DNA of 64,000 nt from Candidatus Binatia bacterium (GTDB lineage Bacteria > Desulfobacterota > Binatia > Bin18), in NCBI GenBank assembly GCA_963664395.2, contig OY761159.2, positions 2,688,001 through 2,752,000 of the forward strand, written 5' to 3'. Shown piece after piece: positions 39,993-48,635 of the stretch; the stretch's first letter is position 1; each line of letters begins with the position of its first letter. Position numbers and translations under genes: made by a program. Under the pieces are notes generated by a model. That model did no database searches, was not told the DNA's origin, and saw only the letters and a list, made by a program, of their open reading frames with translations.

Positions 39993-40730
39993 GTGCAAGA
40001 ACTCGATGCCGGCATCGTCATCATTGGAAACGAAATACTGTCCGGGAAGACGGTCGATACCAATTCGTCCTTCTTAGCAAAGGAGCTCCGACAGGTTGGA
40101 GTGACCCTGAAGCGGATCGTCGTGATTCCGGACGAACTCGATATTATCGCCGAGACGGTGCGCGATTTTCACCACCGGTTTGATATAGTCTTTACGTCAG
40201 GCGGTGTTGGCCCAACGCATGACGACATCACCATTGAAGGGGTGGCGCGAGCCTTGGACCGAAAGGTCATTCGCCATCCCGTGCTAGAGGGAAAATTACG
40301 AGCCTATCTCAATGGCCGGCCTGCAAATAGCGCCTATCTCAAGATGGCGGAAGCGCCCGAAGGGGCTGAGCTGATCGAAGACGGCGCAGTCCGCTTCCCT
40401 ACAATCAAAGCAGAAAATGTGTATGTCCTGCCTGGTATCCCGGATATTTTTCAGCAGAAATTCTTCGCTCTCAAGAGTCGCTTCGCTGCTGATCCCTACT
40501 ATCTCAAAGTGCTCTATACACGCGAATACGAGAGCGTGATTGCGGGGTTCCTGAATGAAACATTACGTGCGTATCCGGACTTGATGCTCGGGTCGTACCC
40601 GAAGAATAACGATCCTGAGTATCGGGTGAAAATTACCCTTGAATCGAAAGATAAACAGTACGTTGTGCAGGCTTTTCAACATTTGCTCACGTTGCTCCCC
40701 GAGGGGTGTGTGGTGAAAACAGAAGGATGA
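39993..40730 (+). CDS. CinA-like / molybdopterin-binding (MocF) domain protein
   Basis: IGNEILSGKTVDTNS, TSGGVGPTHDDIT, LPGIP, LGSYP. Confidence 0.88.
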   Translation: MQELDAGIVIIGNEILSGKTVDTNSSFLAKELRQVGVTLKRIVVIPDELDIIAETVRDFHHRFDIVFTSGGVGPTHDDITIEGVARALDRKVIRHPVLEGKLRAYLNGRPANSAYLKMAEAPEGAELIEDGAVRFPTIKAENVYVLPGIPDIFQQKFFALKSRFAADPYYLKVLYTREYESVIAGFLNETLRAYPDLMLGSYPKNNDPEYRVKITLESKDKQYVVQAFQHLLTLLPEGCVVKTEG

Positions 40731-40740
40731 GGAGGATGTC

Positions 40741-41112
40741 ATGGGAAAAACGTTATCTGTCATGCTGTGCGGAAGTGTGCTGGGGCTGATGCTGAATGCT
40801 CCGCCACCTGTGTCGGCCGCCTCCGACTATCTCGAAGATGCCGGAATCGGAACGGCGACCGTCGTCGCCAACGTGTTCTACATACCGGCCAAGCTGACGT
40901 ATGCCACGCTGGGCGGCATTACCGGCGGTCTGGCCTATGTGCTGACCGGGTCCAATCTTGAGATCGCCGAACGGGTGTGGAAGCCGTCCATGGGCGGAGA
41001 CTATATTGTAAAGCGGAAGCACATCCAGAGGGAGGAAACTCTCTACTTCAGCGCGCCTCACCCCCGGACGGCTGAGGGGGGCATCACGTCGGAGCCACTC
41101 CCGGCGTACTGA
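40741..41112 (+). CDS. Hypothetical exported or membrane protein
   Basis: GAGGAGG RBS, signal-like N-terminus, YIPAKLTYATLGG. Confidence 0.7.
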   Translation: MGKTLSVMLCGSVLGLMLNAPPPVSAASDYLEDAGIGTATVVANVFYIPAKLTYATLGGITGGLAYVLTGSNLEIAERVWKPSMGGDYIVKRKHIQREETLYFSAPHPRTAEGGITSEPLPAY

Positions 41113-41132
41113 CCCGTCCTGAAGAGTGTTGC

Positions 41133-41744
41133 ATGAGCAGGATACGACTGGGCCTTGGCATCGGTGTGCTGGTGCTGCTTGGCCTGGGCGTGTGGGGAGG
41201 TGTCTCTTTCCAGCGGATGCGTACAGCGGCGCTGCAATGGGAGGGGCCGGTCGCGGAAATCCTCAGCGAACGGCTCGACAAGCGCGCCGATACCATGACG
41301 ATGGAGTTCACCTCCCGACTCGATGCCCCGTTGGCCGACATCTGGCAGGCATTTTCCGAGCCGGAACGGAGCGCGGAGTTCAGCGAGACCATTCGCGTAT
41401 CTCGCCTCCTTCAGGCTCAGGGCAACCGGAAACTCATCCTTTTTGAGATGGTCATGCTTGGCCAGCCACAGCGGCTGAGCATCCAGTTCACCTTTCTGCC
41501 CGCAGAAAACCGGGTCCGTATCCAGAGCATCGAAAGCCAGCTCAGCGACATTCAGGGCGAATACCGCTTCACGCCTTCGCCGGACGGAACCAAAACCCTA
41601 CTGACCTACACCGGTACGCTGAGAGACAAGGTCAGCCTGCCGGTCCCTCTAGCCCTGCAAAAGAACGCCGCGCGTGAAAGCTTCGTCTCCACCGTACGTG
41701 CTTTGAAGAAGGGTGTGGAGAGTCAGAATACGGCTGACTCATAG
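41133..41744 (+). CDS. Membrane-anchored SRPBCC (START-like) family protein
   Basis: N-terminal TM helix; LDAPLADIWQAFSEPE, GEYRFTPSPDGTKTLLTY. Confidence 0.7.
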   Translation: MSRIRLGLGIGVLVLLGLGVWGGVSFQRMRTAALQWEGPVAEILSERLDKRADTMTMEFTSRLDAPLADIWQAFSEPERSAEFSETIRVSRLLQAQGNRKLILFEMVMLGQPQRLSIQFTFLPAENRVRIQSIESQLSDIQGEYRFTPSPDGTKTLLTYTGTLRDKVSLPVPLALQKNAARESFVSTVRALKKGVESQNTADS

Positions 41745-41804
41745 CCCGGTAGCCGGATTATCATATCGAACGCGCGCGCAGTGACGCGCGCCAAGCCGTC
41801 GCAC

Positions 41805-42299
41805 TTACTCTGAGGAGGGTGCGGCGGCGAGGACCTCCGCCTTATGTTCCCGCAGGAACTGCGCGACATCTTTTGAAGCGCGGAGCAGAATCTCGATATA
41901 GGCGACGTCGGCACTCGCTACGCCGGCCAGCGCGTGATGATAGGCACCCAGGGCGGCTATGAGGTCGGTCTGGCGGTCCGGGATTACTTCAAATTTTTCC
42001 GTCAGACAGGCGTTAATGCCTTCCGCCAACGCATCGAAGGTTTCCTGCTCGACGCCTTCGGTCGTCCCTGAGACCAACTCCTGCCAGAGCAGCTCGATGG
42101 CGTGCCGCGCAGGGTGATCGCGCCGTAGGCCGGCGCTGAGCTGGTAGAGTTGATTGGCGAGGGGCTGCCAGCGCGCGGGACGTTTGTGGGAGACTAAGGC
42201 GTTGGCCTTCAGCAAACGTGCATGGAAGACATTGAGACTATACTGTTCAGTTAAGAGACGAATAATCGTATCAAACTCATGTGAAGTGACGTGGGCCAT
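41805..42299 (-). CDS. Hypothetical protein
   Basis: AAGGAA RBS before MAHVTSHE; 164 aa, helical. Confidence 0.6.
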   Translation of the reverse strand: MAHVTSHEFDTIIRLLTEQYSLNVFHARLLKANALVSHKRPARWQPLANQLYQLSAGLRRDHPARHAIELLWQELVSGTTEGVEQETFDALAEGINACLTEKFEVIPDRQTDLIAALGAYHHALAGVASADVAYIEILLRASKDVAQFLREHKAEVLAAAPSSE

Positions 42300-42473
42300 G
42301 GTGTTCCTTTCTGACGGTATCCGGGCTCGGTTTGGTGACTCGTATGCCAGTAATCGCGCGATCATGACAAAAACCCGTGCCGCTCGCAATGCACTCGTTT
42401 TCTTGCCCCCCGTCCAGACTTGGTCTAAAGAAGAGAGAGCTGTGGTTGGACACTAAAAAAGAGAGGGAACAGG

Positions 42474-43193
42474 ATGACGACAGACCACGAAAAAATTCTT
42501 GAAATTATCCGCTTAAAAGATCAGGCTCCGCTTGTCCTGGCGCGCGGTAAAACCGCCCTGCTGGTGATTGATATGCAGCGTTATTTTGTCAGCCCCCATT
42601 ATCCGCTGATGCAAACCTTTGAGAAATTGGTCCCAGGGGTGAGCGCCGCCTACTGCGAGCGGGTCAATGCGTCTGTCATTCCCAATATCAAGCGTTTGCT
42701 GGACTGCTTTCGGGCCCGGCTGATGCCGGTTATGTACACTGCCATTGGCACCTGCTTGAAGGACGGTCAGGATTTGAATTCCATGTGGAAGGCGCTCGAT
42801 CAGCTCAGCCTGGACACGATTGGTGAACGCATGTTTCCCGCGGTTGACGAGCCGAGCTGGCAGATTGATGACAGCGTCGCGCCGCAGCCGGGTGAACTGG
42901 TTGTGAATAAAACCTCGAGCGGGACCCTGAACTCGACCATGCTTGACCAAACGCTGCGCAATATGGGAATTGAATCGCTCTTGATCTGTGGGGTGACAAC
43001 GGATGTGTGTGTCGAAACCACGGCCCGAGACGCGGCTGATCGGGGCTTTGACGTCACCATCGTCGAGGATGCCTGCACGGCCTTCAGTTCGGACCTGCAC
43101 CGCGCGGCTCTCCAGGCCTTCAGCTACGCATTCGGCCGGGTGCGCAAGACGCACGAGTTAATGCATATCGTGAACACCGCAGAGGAAGTATGA
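42474..43193 (+). CDS. Isochorismatase-family cysteine hydrolase
   Basis: TALLVIDMQ, K, GVTTDVCVETTARDAADRGF (D-K-C triad). Confidence 0.9.
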   Translation: MTTDHEKILEIIRLKDQAPLVLARGKTALLVIDMQRYFVSPHYPLMQTFEKLVPGVSAAYCERVNASVIPNIKRLLDCFRARLMPVMYTAIGTCLKDGQDLNSMWKALDQLSLDTIGERMFPAVDEPSWQIDDSVAPQPGELVVNKTSSGTLNSTMLDQTLRNMGIESLLICGVTTDVCVETTARDAADRGFDVTIVEDACTAFSSDLHRAALQAFSYAFGRVRKTHELMHIVNTAEEV

Positions 43194-44389
43194 AAGCACT
43201 GGTCTTTGCCAAGACAGCATCCAAAGATGCGCCTCCGGCCCCGGACTTTTTGCCCGGCCTGTCCAATCTCCAGTTACGCGAGGTGCCAACTCCCGATCTG
43301 CCCAATGAACGCTGGGTGGTGGTCAAGAGCAAAATCTCCGGCATCTGTGGCAGTGATCTTGGCTTTTTGCAGTGGAAGCCTATGCCGGCGGCAGAGCCGT
43401 ATTTCGAGCTGCCTATGATTCCCGGCCACGAACTGTTCGGTGAAGTAGCTGCGGTGGGCAAGCGCGTTCGCGGGCTCCATGTGGGCCAACGAGTGACTAT
43501 CGATCCCACGCTCGGCTGTCGTGAGCGTGGCTTTCGGAAGCTGTGTCCGCAGTGCCGAAACGGCAACCCTGGGATTTGTGAACATATCGCTGAGGGGCTA
43601 CTTCGTCCCGGGCTGTTAATTGGTATTTGTCCCGACACCGGCGGCGGCTGGGGTGAATACTTTGTTGCCCCCGCGCACCGTCTGACCCCCTTGCCGGATG
43701 CGATTGATGATGATGAGGCCTCGCTGATTGAACCGTTTGCCGTGTGTCTTCGTGCGGTTCTCAATAATCCGCCGCGACGCAAAGAACTGGTGGTTGTCAT
43801 CGGCGCGGGGACTATTGGTCTCATGAATATCGCCGCGCTCAAGGCTATTGAGCCGTCCTGTCGGGTGGCATGTATCGCCAAGTACCCGTTTCAGGCCAGA
43901 CTGGCGCGCACACTTGGTGCCGATCACATTATTGATGCCCAGAAGCATGATGTCATGGCCCAGGTGGGTGAACTGGCCCAAACCAAGGTCTATCCGCTCT
44001 CCGGCGGTGGTGCGGTTTTGGCCGGTGGGGTGCGGCTGGTGTACGATACAATCACCAACTCAGTGACGTTAAACCAGGCCCTCCGCATGGCGCAAGGCAA
44101 GGGGGCGGTTATTGTGCTCGGTTTGGCCGCCATGCCCGAAGGCGTTGACTGGACGCCGACCTGGATGAAAGAAATTTCCATCGTTGGCAGTCTGACCTAT
44201 GGGGCTGAGACGTTTCGGGGCAAACGTCAGGATACGTTTGTTCGAGCGGTTGAACTACTGAAGCGCCGGCGGGCGGACCTGCGCGCGGTCCGTCCGCGCA
44301 AATATCCGCTTGAGCAGTTTCGACAGGCGCTGACCGAAGCCGCCAGCAAAAAGACTTCGGGGGCGGTCAAGGTGTCGTTTGTGCCCTGA
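43190..44389 (+). CDS. Zinc-binding alcohol dehydrogenase (MDR family)
   Basis: GICGSD, PGHE, structural Zn cysteines, GAGTIG; ATGA overlap with the upstream gene. Confidence 0.9.
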   Translation: MKALVFAKTASKDAPPAPDFLPGLSNLQLREVPTPDLPNERWVVVKSKISGICGSDLGFLQWKPMPAAEPYFELPMIPGHELFGEVAAVGKRVRGLHVGQRVTIDPTLGCRERGFRKLCPQCRNGNPGICEHIAEGLLRPGLLIGICPDTGGGWGEYFVAPAHRLTPLPDAIDDDEASLIEPFAVCLRAVLNNPPRRKELVVVIGAGTIGLMNIAALKAIEPSCRVACIAKYPFQARLARTLGADHIIDAQKHDVMAQVGELAQTKVYPLSGGGAVLAGGVRLVYDTITNSVTLNQALRMAQGKGAVIVLGLAAMPEGVDWTPTWMKEISIVGSLTYGAETFRGKRQDTFVRAVELLKRRRADLRAVRPRKYPLEQFRQALTEAASKKTSGAVKVSFVP

Positions 44390-44423
44390 CCGCCCCCGAA
44401 AGGAAGAGAGATTCTACCGGCGT

Positions 44424-44804
44424 TTATTGCAGGGCTGCCATCAACGGGGCAATTGTGCCGCTATCAAAATAATCGCACCATGTGGTGATTTTGCCGTCGG
44501 TGATGGTAAAGACGCCGAGGACAGGCAGCAGCACCTGAACGTCCCCTTTGACCCAGGTCTCCAGGCGCTCATTGGTGACGACATCGCCGGATGAGGCCGT
44601 GTGGGTGATCTCCATCTTTTGGAGTAAGTTTGCGCCGACAAAAGGATCAAGGACCTCACGCACACCGGCATGGCCGGTCACCGGAGCCCAAGGCATGTTG
44701 TGGTACAACACGTCCGCTGACAGATAGGACACCACCTTGCCCATATCTCCACCGCCCAATGCATGACAGAATTCAGTCACGAGCTGTTCATTTTCAGCGC
44801 TCAT
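44424..44804 (-). CDS. Limonene-1,2-epoxide hydrolase family protein
   Basis: YHNMPW, VTNERLE, LPVLGVF...KITTWCDYFD. Confidence 0.8.
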   Translation of the reverse strand: MSAENEQLVTEFCHALGGGDMGKVVSYLSADVLYHNMPWAPVTGHAGVREVLDPFVGANLLQKMEITHTASSGDVVTNERLETWVKGDVQVLLPVLGVFTITDGKITTWCDYFDSGTIAPLMAALQ

Positions 44805-45014
44805 ACGTTCTCCTTTTTCTCCTCTGCTGGTGTCTCGCTAGCATAGGGGCGTATTGGCTGCAAGCGTGAGTACATGTTGCGATATGCTCTTTTGCGTATA
44901 AAAATATGCGCCTCCTTGGTGTGTGTATTGCACTGGGCGGGCTGATTGTGCAAAACATGTCTGGCGGCTACCTCTTGGCAACCGGTGGAACCGGCCCCTT
45001 GCCTGTCTTTTTTT

Positions 45015-47372
45015 ATGCGTGAGCGCGACCTCCTGGCTTTAGAGTTCGACAAAGTCCTTCAGCTTCTGGCCGACTGCGCCTTGTCGTCCGCTGGTCAGGA
45101 AGCCTGCCTGGCCCTCCGGCCACAGATTGCCGAGCCGTTGGTCAGAGAAGACAGCGAGCGAACGTGGCAGTGCTTTCGTGTCGTGGAAGAACGCCTGAGC
45201 CTGCCGCTTGGAGCGTTCCCTGATATTCGTCCGACGTTTGAGTGGGCTGACCACGGAGGCGCTGCGCTTGAGGGACAAAAGCTCCTCGACATCCTGGCCG
45301 TTGTGACACGCTCCCGACTCCTTGCCACGTTTTTCCGCCGAGATGCAGCCGGGTTCGACCGTCTGAGGGGGTATGCCGGCCGTCTCCCAGCTTTGCCCGA
45401 CCTGGAGGCTGCCTTGCAGCGCTGTCTGGACGAGAACGGGACACTCAAAGACGCGGCAAGTCCGACCCTCCGTTCACTGCGGCGTCAGGTCCACGCCCTG
45501 GCAGACGACATTGAACAACGCCTCCAACGCACCCTGCGCTCAAGCGAAGCCAAGGATACCGTGACTGACCATTTTGTCACGATTCGGAATAACCGTTTTG
45601 TCATTCCCGTCCGGCCAAATTTTCAGGCTCGTTTACCGGGGATCGTACAGGATCGTTCTGGGTCGGGCGAAACGGTGTTCATCGAACCGCTGTTTGCGGT
45701 CGAACTCAATAACAGGCTGCTGCTCGCGCAGAAAGAAGTGACGGCTGAGGAACACCGGATTCTGAGCTGGCTGACTGCTCTTGTTCGGGAGCATCTCGAT
45801 CAGCTCAAGCAGGCGTTTGCAACCTTGACGGAAATCGATGTCCTCCACGCCAAGGTTGTTTTTGCCCACAAATACGGCGCAACACAGCCACACTTTGGCT
45901 CGGCCATCCAACTGCGTTGTGCGAAGCATCCGTTGCTGACGGCCTCGAACAAATCGGTTGTCCCCATCGATTTGATCCTGCCGAACGATAAACGGGGGCT
46001 TATTATTACTGGTCCGAACACGGGTGGAAAAACGGTTGCCCTGAAAACCTTGGGCCTCATATGCCTCATGGCGCAGACCGGCTTTTTGATCCCGACAGAC
46101 GAAGCCAATGAGCTGCCTGTCTTTCGGAGTGTGTTTGCCGACATTGGTGATGCCCAGTCCCTGGAGCAGAGCTTATCCACCTTCTCGGCCCATATTACCA
46201 ATGTCCGTGAGATCCTTGCCGCCCTGTCAGAGCCCGCGCTGATACTCCTTGACGAACCCGGTGGCGGAACAGACCCGGCCGAAGGGGGCGCCTTGGCCAA
46301 TGGGCTGCTCACCTTTTTGAAAGAACGCCACGTGGCACTTGCGGTTGCCACTCATCTGAATCCGGTCAAACTCTTTACCATGGTGGACGGGAGCTATCAG
46401 ATTGCGGCGGTCGCTTTTGACTTGGATACCCTCCAGCCGCGGTATCAACTCCAATACGACGTGATAGGCCAGAGCCTCGGGCTGCCCATGGCCCGTCGCC
46501 TCGGTTTACCGGAAGAAGTATGTAGGGCGGCAGAAGCGACATTGTCTGGTGAGGCCCGTCAGTTTTCTGAAGCGCTGGCCCGGCTCGAAGCATCCTCTGC
46601 CACGCTGGAGCGCGAACGGACCCGGATACAGGCGGAACGTGAACAGCTGACCGCCCTGCGTATGCGCCAACAGCAACTCCTTGCCGAAGCCGAGGAAAAA
46701 CGCCGCCAGGTCTGGCAGGACGAGGTGCGCGAAGCCAAGCTGCTGGTCCGACAGGTACGTGCGGAAGGCCGCGAGGTCGTCGCGCAGCTCCGCAAAAACC
46801 TACAGACGCCGCGGGTCTCGCCCGGCACCGCCCGCCGAGACCTTGCGCAGTTCTTGCATGAGCAGGAAAAGGGGATCAAAGCAAAAGAGCAGCTATTCCA
46901 GACCGAGACGGTCTCCGATACGCCCCCGCCCCAGATTGGAGATGAAGTCGAGATCCGCAATGGGAAAATTCAGGGAACCCTACTGACGATCAACGCCACC
47001 AAAGCCCGGATTCGTCGAGGTGGAATGACGTTTGAAGTTCCCACCGCCCAAATCGCTCCAGTTCACGGTGCGTCCAAGCGCAAACAGGCGCCGAGCGTTC
47101 GTGTTGCAGTAGAACGCTCGGCGTCAAGTCGGCCTGAAATCAATTTACTCGGCCTCCGGGTTCGGGAGGCGCTGCCTCGGCTGGAAGTCTTCCTGGATCG
47201 GGCCATCCTCAGTAATCAGCCGTCGGTTCGTATCGTGCATGGTATGGGAACCGGTGCGTTGAGGCGGGCGATACGAGAGTATCTATCCGATTCGCCCTAC
47301 TGCGCATCCTTTGACGAAGCTCCTCGAAGTGAAGGGGGCGGGGGTGCCACTGTGGCGGAACTCTCCTCATGA
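45015..47372 (+). CDS. mutS2: MutS2 (ATPase plus Smr domain)
   Basis: LEFDKV, SGSGETVFIEP, ITGPNTGGKT, DIGDAQSLEQSLSTFS, LLDEPGGGTDP, Smr IVHGMGTGALR...EGGGGAT. Confidence 0.93.
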   Translation: MRERDLLALEFDKVLQLLADCALSSAGQEACLALRPQIAEPLVREDSERTWQCFRVVEERLSLPLGAFPDIRPTFEWADHGGAALEGQKLLDILAVVTRSRLLATFFRRDAAGFDRLRGYAGRLPALPDLEAALQRCLDENGTLKDAASPTLRSLRRQVHALADDIEQRLQRTLRSSEAKDTVTDHFVTIRNNRFVIPVRPNFQARLPGIVQDRSGSGETVFIEPLFAVELNNRLLLAQKEVTAEEHRILSWLTALVREHLDQLKQAFATLTEIDVLHAKVVFAHKYGATQPHFGSAIQLRCAKHPLLTASNKSVVPIDLILPNDKRGLIITGPNTGGKTVALKTLGLICLMAQTGFLIPTDEANELPVFRSVFADIGDAQSLEQSLSTFSAHITNVREILAALSEPALILLDEPGGGTDPAEGGALANGLLTFLKERHVALAVATHLNPVKLFTMVDGSYQIAAVAFDLDTLQPRYQLQYDVIGQSLGLPMARRLGLPEEVCRAAEATLSGEARQFSEALARLEASSATLERERTRIQAEREQLTALRMRQQQLLAEAEEKRRQVWQDEVREAKLLVRQVRAEGREVVAQLRKNLQTPRVSPGTARRDLAQFLHEQEKGIKAKEQLFQTETVSDTPPPQIGDEVEIRNGKIQGTLLTINATKARIRRGGMTFEVPTAQIAPVHGASKRKQAPSVRVAVERSASSRPEINLLGLRVREALPRLEVFLDRAILSNQPSVRIVHGMGTGALRRAIREYLSDSPYCASFDEAPRSEGGGGATVAELSS

Positions 47373-47989
47373 AAGTCTCTACTCGCGACGCCTTAGCCGA
47401 CCTGCTGCTTGAAGCCTTGGACGATGCTGCGACAGCCGCCACGTTGCGCCGGCTTGTCGCCTACGCACGAACGTGCGAGGCGGGGCCTCACCCGCTGGCG
47501 ATGGATGCGGTGCTGCGGTCTGCGCTCACTCCGGAGTTTGATTCAGAGTGGCAAGCCATCAGAGCCAAACTCCTTCAATATGGGGCAGCCCTGGACGCTT
47601 GGTCCGGGGCGCCCGGAACCTTAGCTCTTGATGGTGTCCTGCAGAAAAGTGTTGTGCTCTTTAACCATCAGCTCTTCTTTGAAGTGCATGAAGTCCTGGA
47701 ACCGCAGTGGATGCAAGAGCAGGGCGAGGTCAAAATATTCCTGCAAGGGCTGATTCAGATTGCCGTCGCGTTCTATCATCTCGGACGTGGCAACCTGGCG
47801 GGAACCCGCTCTCTTCTGCAGGAGGGGCTGATAAAGATATCCCCACACTCACCCACATGTCTTGGTATTGAATTACAGGATTTTATTGCCGGGCTTGAAG
47901 TATGCCGGGAGGTGGTATCAGGTCTGAGTCCTGATACGTTCAAGCAGTTTTCCATGGACTTGATTCCCCGGATGCAGCTCATAGCGTAA
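47369..47989 (+). CDS. DUF309 domain protein
   Basis: LFNHQLFFEVHEVLEPQW...LQGLIQIAVAFYH; ATGA overlap with mutS2. Confidence 0.85.
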   Translation: MKVSTRDALADLLLEALDDAATAATLRRLVAYARTCEAGPHPLAMDAVLRSALTPEFDSEWQAIRAKLLQYGAALDAWSGAPGTLALDGVLQKSVVLFNHQLFFEVHEVLEPQWMQEQGEVKIFLQGLIQIAVAFYHLGRGNLAGTRSLLQEGLIKISPHSPTCLGIELQDFIAGLEVCREVVSGLSPDTFKQFSMDLIPRMQLIA

Positions 47990-48012
47990 TCGTTCTCCAC
48001 TGATGCACTGTC

Positions 48013-48489
48013 ATGCAAGTTGATCGGCTCATTATCACGGCCCGAGTACAGGCCGTCCGGGGCACGCTTTCGAGTGCCGCACTTGTGAAGGGTATTGCGG
48101 ACGGAACGTGTGGTGCCCCGGACAGTATTCTCCTGGCAACGGGCGAAGTCGGAGCCGGAGAGAGGTGTGTTCAAGCGGTCGAGGCGCTTCGGCAGCACGG
48201 CATTGTCGGCGTTATTGCGCCAGCCTTTTCCTGGCCGTTCTTTCGGCTCTGCCTCCATACCGGTCTGCCGCCTCTGACCCTCTGGGAAGCAGGTGAAATT
48301 CGGACTGGCGATCGGTTACGGATCGATGTGAATATCCGCATAGTGAAAGCCATGAGCGCCGGTACTCGGTATCCGATTCGGGACCTGTCTGAGCTCCATA
48401 TCGAGATTCTGGCCTGTGGCGGGATGGAAGGCTATGTGCGGGCGCGGCTGGCGGAACAGCACCTGGCGGCCTCCTCGGCGGACAGGTAG
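48013..48489 (+). CDS. Degenerate LeuD-like (aconitase swivel) small subunit
   Basis: GIVGVIAPAFSWPFFRLCLHTGLPPL, EIRTGDRLRID and ILACGG resemble LeuD, but GSSREH and DTD are not conserved. Confidence 0.65.
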   Translation: MQVDRLIITARVQAVRGTLSSAALVKGIADGTCGAPDSILLATGEVGAGERCVQAVEALRQHGIVGVIAPAFSWPFFRLCLHTGLPPLTLWEAGEIRTGDRLRIDVNIRIVKAMSAGTRYPIRDLSELHIEILACGGMEGYVRARLAEQHLAASSADR

Positions 48490-48533
48490 GGACGCGGGAA
48501 CCTCGCCCCGGCGACCGGCGGCCACTCCTCCCC

Positions 48534-48573
48534 TGAATGAGCTTGAACGAGCTTGAACGAGCTTGAACGAGCC
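48534..48573 (+). repeat. 10-bp tandem repeat TGAACGAGCT x4, intergenic
   Basis: tgaatgagct tgaacgagct tgaacgagct tgaacgagcc, upstream of the helicase. Confidence 0.85.
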
Positions 48574-48635
48574 GGTCGTATTCTCCCTTTTCCCTCTTCC
48601 TTGCGACTGGTAGCATACGCTCAGGGGCTACTGAT

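Noticed and set aside
45015-47372. MutS as a mismatch-repair gene explaining repeat instability
   Set aside because: It is MutS2 (Smr domain, no mismatch-binding domain), so it says nothing about mismatch-repair status.
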